Assembly (NCBI GenBank): GCA_943354045.1
Contig: CALRBF010000001.1
Location: forward strand, 343,598-407,597
Direction: 5' to 3'
Length of the DNA: 64,000 bases
Origin: Parcubacteria group bacterium
GTDB taxonomy: Bacteria; Patescibacteriota; Minisyncoccia; SW-4-49-11
Notes under the pieces: generated by a model
The model's database searches: none
What the model saw: the letters and a program-made list of their open reading frames with translations, nothing else
Told to the model about the DNA's origin: nothing
In this document: one piece after another, positions 49,076 to 58,382 of the stretch
Layout of the letters: each line of letters starts with the position of its first letter
Position numbering within the stretch: position 1 is the first letter of the stretch
Made by a program: the position numbers and the translations under genes

Positions 49076-49435
49076 CTAATGATTTCTGATTACAATTTGT
49101 TTGTCTATCTCAGTCGCTTGGAATATTCTAGCAATTTCATCAAATAGACTTTTGGCATTGTCATCATTATCTTTGGTATAATTACAGGTAAAAACATTCA
49201 AACTCACATATCCAAATTCTGGCCAAGTATGAAAAGTAATATGGGATTCAGCCAAGACCACTGCTCCGGTAATCCCAGGCTCAAAAGAATGATAATAACT
49301 TCCAAGCTCATGAAAGCCATATTTTTTAATCAAAGCAGAAATTTGTATCTTTAATTCCTCAGTTTTCAAATGAACCAAAAAAATATTATCAATACCTTTT
49401 AAATCTCCAACAATCTCTATACCCAAATTTTTCAT
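49076..49435 (-). CDS. speH: S-adenosylmethionine decarboxylase proenzyme (small SpeH/SpeD type)
   Basis: AESHITFHTWPE with the pyruvoyl-forming Ser, about 119 aa. Confidence 0.8.
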   Translation of the reverse strand: MKNLGIEIVGDLKGIDNIFLVHLKTEELKIQISALIKKYGFHELGSYYHSFEPGITGAVVLAESHITFHTWPEFGYVSLNVFTCNYTKDNDDNAKSLFDEIARIFQATEIDKQIVIRNH

Positions 49436-49519
49436 ATATTTAGTATATTATTATTTTTACAACCGCTTTATCATAATATATTATAAGTAAAATAACAAGA
49501 GTAATAAAAAAGGAAGACT

Positions 49520-50284
49520 TTAGTAGCCTTCCTTGGGGGAGGTTGTGTAGGCCACGCCATTCATAGTAGGGCGCACTGTTTTGGGTAGTGACACTCTATT
49601 GCGATGGGGGCTACAAGTTAGTGTATGTGCATTTCTTATCATTTCTGTTCTTAAGTCTGGGAAGGGGATTCCCAAGATTCCTTTATCAGGATTGGGTGAC
49701 ACCCAATCACTTAAATGGTCGCAATATAGACTATGCCTATTAACAAAGCATTTTTGAGTACGCCCATATTGCAAAGTTACCCAGCCATCTGGGGTATTAA
49801 TACGACGCTCTCCTTTATCGAATACAACCACTAAATCGAAATCACTATTAAATATGTTCCTTGCGCTGTGGAGATTAGGTATATATAATAATGTTAAATC
49901 TCTCACAGTCATCACTACAGATTTTGGGTTTGTTGGATGTGTCTGAATATCAGCAATAGGTATGTATCTAGGGCTTGATATAATTGTGTTGGATATAACG
50001 CAGTATTTACCCATCCATTCTATATGAATTGATGGATTTATGAGTAGCATGCATTTACGTATTCTATCTCTTATATATCCATTTGGATTGCCGATAAACT
50101 CAAACTCAATCAATAAATAATCAAGAGGAAGCTTTTGTGTCGTTTTGAGTTCATTGAAAAATCCTTCAATCTCTTCTGGTAGCAACTGTATTATATAAAA
50201 GTAATAGAGTTGATTGAAACATGGATTTTTTCTTAGTCTCATGACAAGTCTCTGTTTGTGAAAGGGCAAATACATAAATATCAC
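49520..50284 (-). CDS. hypothetical protein
   Basis: ORF with moderately elevated GC and no recognised motif. Divergent from the ADO gene. Confidence 0.3.
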   Translation of the reverse strand: MIFMYLPFHKQRLVMRLRKNPCFNQLYYFYIIQLLPEEIEGFFNELKTTQKLPLDYLLIEFEFIGNPNGYIRDRIRKCMLLINPSIHIEWMGKYCVISNTIISSPRYIPIADIQTHPTNPKSVVMTVRDLTLLYIPNLHSARNIFNSDFDLVVVFDKGERRINTPDGWVTLQYGRTQKCFVNRHSLYCDHLSDWVSPNPDKGILGIPFPDLRTEMIRNAHTLTCSPHRNRVSLPKTVRPTMNGVAYTTSPKEGY

Positions 50285-50455
50285 ACAATTAAACTTTTGT
50301 CAATAATTAGTGCCAAATCTATTAAAGAATATATACAAAAAAAGCAAAATATCCTACAAAATACACATAAGATTTATTTATTATAATTATATACAAAACA
50401 AAATAAGAGGCGTATAATGAAAATGCCCCTTTAGATTTTTATCCAGCATCTAATT

Positions 50456-51157
50456 ATGACCCACACTGCTCTTTCTCAAGATGATGCCGTTCTTGACTTC
50501 ACCACTGCTGCCTACAAGGATGCCTACAGCCGCATCAACGCCATTGTGATCGAGGGCGAACAGGAAGCTCACGACAACTATCTCGCCCTTGGCACCCTGC
50601 TGCCCGAGCAGGCCGAGGAGTTGGACCGGTTGGCGCGGATGGAGATGAAGCACCTCAAGGGTTTCACCGCTTGTGGCGCCAATCTGGGGGTTGAGGCCGA
50701 TATGCAATTTGCTAAAGAGTTCTTCTTTCCCCTACATAATAATTTCCAAACGGCCTTAGCCGAGGGTAAATTGGTAACCTGTTTGCTGATTCAAGCTATA
50801 CTTATCGAGGCCTTCGCCATCGCTGCCTATCATATTTATATCCCGGTGGCCGATCCGTTTGCCCGGAAAATCACCGAGGGAGTGGTGAAAGATGAATACA
50901 CACATCTCAATTATGGTCAGGAATGGCTCAAGGCTCACCTTGAGGAGTCCCGTGCGGAACTGGAACAAGCCAATCGCGACAATCTTCCCTTAATACGGTT
51001 CATGCTCGATGGCGTGGCTGCCGATGCCGCTGCTTTGGGTATGGACAAGGAGGACCTGATGGCCGACTTCATGACCTCTTATCAGGAGGTGCTCACCGAA
51101 ATTGGTTTCACCTCCCGGGAGATTGCCCGGATGGCCGCTGCTGCTCTGCTCGGCTGA
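50456..51157 (+). CDS. ado: Aldehyde-deformylating oxygenase (cyanobacterial ADO, ferritin-like di-iron)
   Basis: Matches the cyanobacterial ADO family as recalled from memory: [78 protein letters not shown]. About 55% GC, well above the surrounding sequence. Confidence 0.85.
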   Translation: MTHTALSQDDAVLDFTTAAYKDAYSRINAIVIEGEQEAHDNYLALGTLLPEQAEELDRLARMEMKHLKGFTACGANLGVEADMQFAKEFFFPLHNNFQTALAEGKLVTCLLIQAILIEAFAIAAYHIYIPVADPFARKITEGVVKDEYTHLNYGQEWLKAHLEESRAELEQANRDNLPLIRFMLDGVAADAAALGMDKEDLMADFMTSYQEVLTEIGFTSREIARMAAAALLG

Positions 51158-51295
51158 CCCACAACTCAAACCATACCTCTTCTTGCATTAGCTAGAAGGG
51201 GTTTTTTATAAATAAGATGAAGAAATATCGTAGACAAAACAACTATAAATAGTTATAGTTACAATAGAATAATAAAAATAATTGTTTCATACTAT

Positions 51296-52021
51296 ATGGA
51301 TAATGTGTATCAACCAATACATACTTTAAAATTAATCAGTGAAAATGTATGGATTGTAGATGGCCCTATAATACATTTTTATGGAATGCCGTTTACGACA
51401 CGTATGGTGGTGATAAGACTTGTCAATAATGATATTCTCATACACTCTCCAATTAATTTGACCAGTTCTCTCAAAAAAGAGTTAGATGAGTTAGGCAATG
51501 TCAAATATCTAATCTCACCGAATAAAATTCACTATTGGTATATACAGGATTTTCAAAAAGCTTATCCGGAAGCTATTACTTTTGCTAGTGATGGAGTGCA
51601 AAAGCGAAGTCAGCAAGCAGGGCAATCAATACGATGGGATAGGGAATTAAAAGATATAGATCGGGATTATTTCCCAGACTTAGAAATTCTGCCTATGTCT
51701 GGTAATAGATTTATGACTGAATATACTTTTTTTCATATCCCTAGTAAATCTTGGATTGTGACGGATATCATAGAAAACTTTGAGCCTAATAAAATCAATC
51801 CATTTTTTAGAATTTTAGCCTATTTAGGAGGGGCTTTGCACCCAAATGGCGGTACAACGAGAGACCAGAGAACATTATTCTGGGGTAATCATCAGCTATT
51901 AAATAAATCTATAGACAGAATTAAATCATTGAGTCCTGATAGAATTATAATGGCACATGGTAAAATATTAGATCAAGACATAGCCTCCGAGCTAAACAGA
52001 ATTTTTGCCTGGGTTGGGTGA
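51296..52021 (+). CDS. hypothetical protein (DUF4336-like, tentative)
   Basis: Size about 240 aa. Assignment from memory of the DUF4336 family; weak. Confidence 0.3.
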   Translation: MDNVYQPIHTLKLISENVWIVDGPIIHFYGMPFTTRMVVIRLVNNDILIHSPINLTSSLKKELDELGNVKYLISPNKIHYWYIQDFQKAYPEAITFASDGVQKRSQQAGQSIRWDRELKDIDRDYFPDLEILPMSGNRFMTEYTFFHIPSKSWIVTDIIENFEPNKINPFFRILAYLGGALHPNGGTTRDQRTLFWGNHQLLNKSIDRIKSLSPDRIIMAHGKILDQDIASELNRIFAWVG

Positions 52022-52130
52022 GATGGGGGAGGGCTTTGTCTCTTTGTTCAATATAGTTAGTTATAATATATTGACAAAATGGGAGAAATATGATATTGTC
52101 TTTAGGCAATTTCTCAGGTAAACCTGTACT

Positions 52131-52406
52131 ATGACAACACTAAACCCACAAGATTTAGTTGAGTTCAATATCAATGAAGATGCTTACGGTCAAATCACAG
52201 ACGAAGGATGGAAACATTTGGAGAATACTGTAGGTGAAGATTACATTAAAAATTGCATCAAGCCAAGAGCTGTAGAGATTAATGGCGAAGTGTGGTATGA
52301 ATTGCTACTATGGAATTGGTTTGCATTATTCCCAGTTAAAAATGGTGTAAGATTACTTTTTGGTACTCGTATTCTATTTAAGAAATCAGATTTCAATTCG
52401 CTTTGA
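52131..52406 (+). CDS. hypothetical protein
   Basis: ORF only. Confidence 0.25.
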   Translation: MTTLNPQDLVEFNINEDAYGQITDEGWKHLENTVGEDYIKNCIKPRAVEINGEVWYELLLWNWFALFPVKNGVRLLFGTRILFKKSDFNSL

Positions 52407-52596
52407 GTTGCCATTGCTAGTCCAATAATTAAGAAATCCCTCTATCTTCAAGGTGGAGGGATTTTTACTTGTCTACAATCCCAAAAACAGCTTGTTATAG
52501 GTGCTTTGTATCCAATACACATAAACTTAGTATGGATTTATGTTACATGATATAATAAAACTATATTTACAAACCCCAAATTAATAAAGAAGTAAG

Positions 52597-53229
52597 ATGA
52601 ATATAACTATCATAGGGGCTTCGGCTGGAATAGGTTTAGAAGCGGTAAAAAGGGGATTAAATAGAAATCATTCTATCACAACACTTTCTCGATCTGAAGT
52701 TGAAATCGAGGATAAAAAATCATTAACAATGATACTTGGTGACGCCACCAATAAAGCCGACCTAATACAATCAATTCAAAATGCAGATGCTCTCATTATA
52801 ACATTGGGGACGAGACAAAGTATGAAGGCTACCACGCTTTTTTCAGATTTTGCAAAATTAATTGTAGAAATAGATAGAGAGAACAAAATAGATATTCCAG
52901 TCATTTTGGTTACCGGATTTGGAGCTGGAGAAAGTAAAAATTATGCCTCTTGGCCTGTAAAGATATTTTTGAATTTTTTCTTAAAAGATGTATATGCCGA
53001 TAAAACTAAAATGGAAGAAATTATCACTAACTCAGATCTAAATTGGACAATTGTGAGACCAGGCAGGTTATTAGATAAAGAATTAACAGAAAAATACCAT
53101 ATTGAAAATAAATTATTCAAAGGAATTAAAATTGGCGAAATTAGCAGAGCAGACTTAGCAGACTTTTTGATAAAACAGGCAGAAAAACAAACTGAATTAA
53201 AAAAATATATTACTATATCTGAAGAGTAG
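52597..53229 (+). CDS. NAD(P)H-binding protein (atypical SDR, NmrA/BVR-B-like)
   Basis: Rossmann motif IIGASAGIGLEAV at the N-terminus, about 210 aa. Confidence 0.6.
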   Translation: MNITIIGASAGIGLEAVKRGLNRNHSITTLSRSEVEIEDKKSLTMILGDATNKADLIQSIQNADALIITLGTRQSMKATTLFSDFAKLIVEIDRENKIDIPVILVTGFGAGESKNYASWPVKIFLNFFLKDVYADKTKMEEIITNSDLNWTIVRPGRLLDKELTEKYHIENKLFKGIKIGEISRADLADFLIKQAEKQTELKKYITISEE

Positions 53230-53240
53230 GATAAAGTAAA

Positions 53241-53325
53241 AGCTAAATATGAGGGGTTTCGAACCTTTGAGTGGGGGATATAGTGTTTCCCCCGTACCCC
53301 CCTCACTATAGTTTTGGAGGTTTGT
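53241..53325 (+). repeat. Copy of 'element E', a tRNA-3'-end-like repeat (GTTCGAACCTTTGAGTGGGGGATATAG...CTCACTATAGTTTTGGAG)
   Basis: Near-identical cores at 58409-58500 and 59133-59225. This copy lacks the CCGGAGCCA end. Confidence 0.7.
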
Positions 53326-53393
53326 AAAAATTTAGATAAAAATACCGGCATACAATATTGTATGCCGGTGAGTATGATGAAGTTGGGACTTAA

Positions 53394-54812
53394 CTAGTTC
53401 ATGGTACGAACTCTATTTCTTACTTCTGCAAAAGTGGTTTCTCGTAGGAGATTCCCATTCTCAAAAACAGGCTGTAATAGATTTGGGGTATTGAGCTTGA
53501 TAGCCTCTTCTTCTCTTACTGTGCGATAATGACCGTCAGTATGAATAAGTGCGAGGCGCCCAGGCTTAGACTTTTTCCCAGGATCAGTTACGGGATCTTT
53601 GAGAACATCGTGCCAGGTATTATCGCGAAGTATAGCCGAGGCTTTTATCGCAAACTTTTGTGTATCACGATTAACCTTTTGTAGTAATCCACCACCCGAT
53701 CCAAATGCCAAGTTGTCAGCGGACCAACCAGCTTGCTCTATTGAGAAAAGAATTTTTCTCAGCATTTGATAGTCAATACCATCTCCTTGAATGATACGTA
53801 CTTTGGGGTTTAATACCCAATAGCCTTTATCATTTTTACTCTTTCCAAAATACTGGGCGAGTAGTTCAAGAACTTTTAGTACAACTTCAACTGGTTCTCC
53901 ACTGTCCGGGCGAATTACGAGCACTCCATCTCTTGCAAGCACCTGATCACGGAGTTTTGTCCCCCATAATTCAGAGCAAGCATGATAAATGTCATAGCTG
54001 TCACTCACTACGGCAACGAGGCCTTCTGGGAATTGATTGAGCATATTTCGATAGGAATCTATCTCATGCTCTTTACCCCAGCTTGTTACGGTGCTGTGCT
54101 CTGCTGCAGGTATGGAAAATCCCGCCATAGGCTCTTGATAGTAACGGCGAGCATAAATGATGCCCGCATAGGTGTCACTGCCAGAGAAAGCTGTTAAGTG
54201 GGCCATACCACCAATGCCTGCCGATTCAACCGAGGTTGAACCACGAAAGCCAAAATCATGTACTTTGAAATCAATGCCTGCAGGGTCACCCGTCTCTAGG
54301 AGAGACTGATAAACTGCATTACGCATTTGCCGGCTTTGAGTGGCAATGGTTGTTGGATACCATACTAGGGAGAGAATAGTCTCGAGGTAATTAGTAATCC
54401 ATGGTAACTCCGGGTCAGTATTCTCAATGGTCATGAGTACATTTCCTGTGGGGACGGTTAATCCCTCAGGAACTGCAGAAATGCGTACAGGTAATTTCCC
54501 ATTATGCACTTCTACGATTCTCTTCCAGCCATTTTCATTGAATAGCTTATCATTACCGAAATGGAGAGCATAATCATTTTTTGCTTCAGCTATATCTTCC
54601 AGAGCAACTCGTTTTCCAACAAGATATTCCATGAGATAGTATTGAAGGCCAAAAAATGTAACTTCTGGGAAAACTCCACCACGACTCTCAAAAAAGGAAT
54701 ACACCTTTTGAGTATTGGGTGGATATTGTTTCCAATGAGTAAATTTGTAGCTATCGGAAAGAAGAATGGTGTTCATGATGCCGCGCAGATTGAGGGTGTT
54801 TTGTTGAAGCAT
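53394..54812 (-). CDS. nadV: Nicotinamide phosphoribosyltransferase
   Basis: N-terminus NTILLSDSYKFTHWKQYPPNTQKVYSFFESR matches the NAMPT family; about 470 aa. Confidence 0.85.
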   Translation of the reverse strand: MLQQNTLNLRGIMNTILLSDSYKFTHWKQYPPNTQKVYSFFESRGGVFPEVTFFGLQYYLMEYLVGKRVALEDIAEAKNDYALHFGNDKLFNENGWKRIVEVHNGKLPVRISAVPEGLTVPTGNVLMTIENTDPELPWITNYLETILSLVWYPTTIATQSRQMRNAVYQSLLETGDPAGIDFKVHDFGFRGSTSVESAGIGGMAHLTAFSGSDTYAGIIYARRYYQEPMAGFSIPAAEHSTVTSWGKEHEIDSYRNMLNQFPEGLVAVVSDSYDIYHACSELWGTKLRDQVLARDGVLVIRPDSGEPVEVVLKVLELLAQYFGKSKNDKGYWVLNPKVRIIQGDGIDYQMLRKILFSIEQAGWSADNLAFGSGGGLLQKVNRDTQKFAIKASAILRDNTWHDVLKDPVTDPGKKSKPGRLALIHTDGHYRTVREEEAIKLNTPNLLQPVFENGNLLRETTFAEVRNRVRTMN

Positions 54813-54822
54813 GATAATCTCC

Positions 54823-55734
54823 TTAGAAACAGTGTTTGGGGTTGTTCTGAATAAATTGCAGGAGCATTTCTCCTAGGGGGATATGGCTTGGGATAAGATT
54901 CTCCTTAAAGGTATCAAGAGATATCCAATGAAGTTTATCGATATCATCGCCAGGTTCAGGTCGCCCAAAAATGTAGCGAGCTACAAAAAAACGAGTCATA
55001 ATACCGTCTCGCGTTTTTTTATAACGCCAGTCAGTAATACGGGTAGATCCAAGATAATGCCAATCAGCAACCTCAAAACTACCAGCCTCTTCTCGTAATT
55101 CTCGCTTAGCCGCAGCTTCATCAGAGATGTCTGTGTTATCCACAAATCCTCCGAAAAATCGAAACTTACCTTCATCCTGATATTTTTCCGCAAGTAAAAC
55201 CTGACTAGGTCTTATAACTGCAATATCAACCGTGCTATAGGTTTGGGGTGGGCGATTTTGTACTGCATGAATAACTCCCTGTCTCCAGGCGGTGGATTTA
55301 CCAATACGGTCACGAGTTATGGTGCGATACTTTGTCCCATTATAATCCCTGTAATTAGGAATGGTGATTATTGGATAACAACCACTATAATAGGGGATAA
55401 ATGAATCTCGGCCACCATAAAGTGTTACTATCGAATTTCTTGCAATACCAGCTATAAGATGATCAAGTTGCCGAGACCAAATATAGTCACTTGGATGATC
55501 AAACTGCTCAAGAATAATCGCATTTGGATATTCTTGAGCAATCATCTGAGCCCTGGCTGCAAAAGAAAGGGGGTCTTTATCTGAGGCAAGTCCACGGCTA
55601 CTACCAAGAATAATAAGAAGTCTCTCATGCTCAGACATAGCTGCCTCAATAATTCGATGATGTCCTGGATGTAGTTTTGCCACTTGAAAGCGACCAACTA
55701 CCACTCCAAGAGATGAGGGGGGAAGAACTACCAT
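54823..55734 (-). CDS. nadM: Bifunctional NMN adenylyltransferase / ADP-ribose pyrophosphatase (Nudix)
   Basis: Nucleotidyltransferase motif VVVGRFQVAKLHPGHH (HxGH). C-terminal Nudix box GGFVDNTDISDEAAAKRELREEAG. Confidence 0.8.
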   Translation of the reverse strand: MVVLPPSSLGVVVGRFQVAKLHPGHHRIIEAAMSEHERLLIILGSSRGLASDKDPLSFAARAQMIAQEYPNAIILEQFDHPSDYIWSRQLDHLIAGIARNSIVTLYGGRDSFIPYYSGCYPIITIPNYRDYNGTKYRTITRDRIGKSTAWRQGVIHAVQNRPPQTYSTVDIAVIRPSQVLLAEKYQDEGKFRFFGGFVDNTDISDEAAAKRELREEAGSFEVADWHYLGSTRITDWRYKKTRDGIMTRFFVARYIFGRPEPGDDIDKLHWISLDTFKENLIPSHIPLGEMLLQFIQNNPKHCF

Positions 55735-55762
55735 AGGATTACCATTTGTGAAAGAACATTAA

Positions 55763-55849
55763 CACTACTTAGTGTAACTAATACATTTAGTAAAGTTAAA
55801 AAAAGAAGTGTTAATTTAGATAGTGTATCAAATACAATAAGTATTGTCA
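55763..55849. promoter_or_regulatory. Candidate NrtR operator(s) upstream of nadM-nadV
   Basis: Perfect palindrome ACACTA-CT-TAGTGT (55763-55776). The 19-mer ATACAATAAGTATTGTCAA (55831-55849) recurs inverted at 56635-56653 in the nrtR/pnuC divergent region. Confidence 0.4.
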
Positions 55850-55880
55850 AATATATAAAAGGATTATGGATATAATCCTT

Positions 55881-56585
55881 TTATAGGACTTCTATTTCTT
55901 CAACTTTTTTTGAAGTCATACGATATAATTCTGCTGGTCGAAAGGCTCCATTTGCTCTTTTTTTACCAGTAGATTTTACAATATCAAGCTTGAGTATTTT
56001 TTTACGAAAATTACGTCTATCGAGATCATTTCCCAATATACTTTCAAAAGCTCTCTCTAATTCAGTAAGCGTAAATTCACGAGGAAGTAGTTGTCCTATT
56101 AGGGTAGTATAATGGACGCGAGAAGCCAATCTCTTTAATGCTGTTGCGAGAATTTCATCATGATCATATGCCAAATGTTTAGCAGTATGTACCGGTGACC
56201 AATAAATTGATCCTTTACTATCCTTTTCTTTAGTAGTTAATTTATCTTCTGAAATTAATCCAATATATCCAACAGCCACAACTCGTCCACGTGGATCACG
56301 ACTAATATTACTAAATGTAAATAGTTGCTCTAAATATACTTTTTTTGAATTAATATATCCTTTTTCATCAATAATACGGCGAGCTGCTTCTTCTGCAATT
56401 TCATCAGGACGAATAAGTCCACCAGGTAATCCAGGCTGATGTACAAAGTGTGGGGGACGATTGACTGTCATAAGTCTGACATATAAAGCCCCATCAAATA
56501 TAGTAAAAAGGACAATATCAGTAGCAAGTATTGCAAAGCGTAATGGGGTAGGGTTTTCTGGAGAATTAATAGGAGATTTTTTCAT
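55881..56585 (-). CDS. nrtR: NrtR-like Nudix-related transcriptional regulator of NAD metabolism
   Basis: N-terminal Nudix-like domain (GLPGGLIRPDEIAEEAARR, degenerate Nudix box). C-terminal winged-helix domain. Located between nadM/nadV and pnuC/nadR. Confidence 0.65.
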   Translation of the reverse strand: MKKSPINSPENPTPLRFAILATDIVLFTIFDGALYVRLMTVNRPPHFVHQPGLPGGLIRPDEIAEEAARRIIDEKGYINSKKVYLEQLFTFSNISRDPRGRVVAVGYIGLISEDKLTTKEKDSKGSIYWSPVHTAKHLAYDHDEILATALKRLASRVHYTTLIGQLLPREFTLTELERAFESILGNDLDRRNFRKKILKLDIVKSTGKKRANGAFRPAELYRMTSKKVEEIEVL

Positions 56586-56634
56586 ATAAACTCACTTTAT
56601 CATGCGATATTCTAGATGTCAATAATACAATAAC

Positions 56635-56668
56635 TTGACAATACTTATTGTATATAGTACACTAAGTA
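56635..56668. promoter_or_regulatory. Candidate NrtR operator in the nrtR / pnuC-nadR divergent intergenic region
   Basis: TTGACAATACTTATTGTAT (56635-56653) is the exact reverse complement of 55831-55849. TACACTAAGTA (56658-56668) matches the half-site at 55766-55776. Confidence 0.4.
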
Positions 56669-56692
56669 TATTATTAATTTAATTGTATCATT

Positions 56693-57397
56693 ATGACTAC
56701 TGATATTCGTCCTATAAAAGCTCTTATTGGAACTAGATATGAACATATTGAATCTGTGAAGGTAGCCGTGGCTATGGCTATAGTTGTATTCATATATGAA
56801 GCTATTTCATCATTTATTATACCAGATTTCCAACTAAATTGGTTTGAAATTATTGGTACTTGGACTGGACTTATATGTGTTTGGTTAGCAAGAACTCAAA
56901 ATATCCTTACATGGCTGTGGGGAATTATAAGTGTTGGGCTCCTTGGGTATTTCTTTGCCACAATAGGCCTTCCAGGACAACAATGGCTAAATTGGGGATA
57001 TTTCCTTATTATTCAGTTTTGGGCCTGGCCTCAATGGGCTTTTGGAGGTAAGCAAGCAACTGTACTACCTGTTACTCTTCTTACCAATAAAGCAAGATTA
57101 ATTCTTCTAGCAATAGCTTTACTAGCTACAGGTGTTATTTATTTTTTGATAGATATTATTGTCCCCGGATCAACTCTCCCATTATTGGATGCAACTGTTG
57201 TCGCAAGTAGTATAGTGGCTCAGTATTTACTTGGTCTCAAAAAAGTAGAAAGCTGGGTATTATGGCTAGGACCAGTTAATCTCCTCTCTATTATATTATT
57301 CTTTATAGCAGGGGCGTATACGGTAATGGCTCTCTATATTGCTTATTTCATCCATGCTATATGGGCCTTAAGAACTTGGTATCAAGAAGCGCGTTAA
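56693..57397 (+). CDS. pnuC: Nicotinamide riboside transporter PnuC
   Basis: 7-8 TM, W-rich motifs (WLNWGYF, QFWAWPQW) typical of PnuC. Confidence 0.8.
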   Translation: MTTDIRPIKALIGTRYEHIESVKVAVAMAIVVFIYEAISSFIIPDFQLNWFEIIGTWTGLICVWLARTQNILTWLWGIISVGLLGYFFATIGLPGQQWLNWGYFLIIQFWAWPQWAFGGKQATVLPVTLLTNKARLILLAIALLATGVIYFLIDIIVPGSTLPLLDATVVASSIVAQYLLGLKKVESWVLWLGPVNLLSIILFFIAGAYTVMALYIAYFIHAIWALRTWYQEAR

Positions 57398-57407
57398 TTA
57401 TACGAAT

Positions 57408-58373
57408 ATGTTTTACAATGGACTTGTAATTGGTAAATTTTACCCACCACATAAAGGACATAAATTCCTTATTGATACGGCGCAAAAAATGAGTGAAAAT
57501 CTAACCATTATTATTTGTGCTAAAGATAATGAAACTATTCCAGGAACTTTACGAGCGCAATGGCTATCACAAATACATCCTAAAGCTAAAATCATATTGA
57601 TCAATGATAATAAATTGGCTGATGATGATTCAGAAGGTTGGGCAAAATATACTGTAGATATACTAGGATTTGTACCAGATGCTGTTTTTACATCAGAAGA
57701 TTATGGAGATCCATATGCTCATTTTATGGGAAGTATACATGTACTTGTAGATAAAGAGCGTGCCACTATTCCGATATCAGGGACATTGGTGCGTAATAAC
57801 CCTACAAAATATATAAAATTTCTTGAACCAAATGTGAGAGCATATTTTACAAGAAGAATTGTAGTATTAGGGGCTGAATCAACGGGTACGACAACTTTAG
57901 CTAAAGCATTAGCACAGTATTATAATACGGTATGGGTGCCTGAATATGGACGATATTTTAGTGAAGGAAAACGTTTTGTAGGATATGGTGAAGGGGATTG
58001 GACTACTGCAGAATTTGTAGCTATTGCCAAAGCCCAAGCAAAATTTGAAGATTCTCTCGCTGAATCAAGTAAGGGGATAGTGATTTCTGATACTGATGCT
58101 TTTGCTACAGCTATTTGGCATGAAAGATATTTAGGTTTTCGTGCTCCAGAAGTAGAAGCAATCTCCGCTAATAGAAGAGTAGATCTCTATATAATAACAG
58201 GAGATGAAATTCCTTTTGAAGATGATGGACTTCGCGATGGGGAAAATATTCGACATGAATTGCACCAACTTTTTATTCAGCGTGTCATAGAAAGTAAAAA
58301 GCCATATATTATAGTACAAGGTAGTGTAGAAGAACGGCTACAAGTTGCGGTAGAGGCTATATATAAACTTTAG
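57408..58373 (+). CDS. nadR: NadR-type NMN adenylyltransferase / ribosylnicotinamide kinase (no HTH domain)
   Basis: HxGH motif GKFYPPHKGH; P-loop GAESTGTTTLAKALA of the RNK domain. Confidence 0.8.
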   Translation: MFYNGLVIGKFYPPHKGHKFLIDTAQKMSENLTIIICAKDNETIPGTLRAQWLSQIHPKAKIILINDNKLADDDSEGWAKYTVDILGFVPDAVFTSEDYGDPYAHFMGSIHVLVDKERATIPISGTLVRNNPTKYIKFLEPNVRAYFTRRIVVLGAESTGTTTLAKALAQYYNTVWVPEYGRYFSEGKRFVGYGEGDWTTAEFVAIAKAQAKFEDSLAESSKGIVISDTDAFATAIWHERYLGFRAPEVEAISANRRVDLYIITGDEIPFEDDGLRDGENIRHELHQLFIQRVIESKKPYIIVQGSVEERLQVAVEAIYKL

Positions 58374-58382
58374 GAAATATAA

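Noticed and set aside
53241-53325. Element E copies (also 58409-58500, 59133-59225) as intact tRNA genes
   Set aside because: There is a T-loop-like GGTTCGAAC and, in two copies, a ...CCGGAGCCA end. However, I could not fold a cloverleaf with paired acceptor and T stems. They are treated as tRNA-3'-end-derived repeats (att-like scars).
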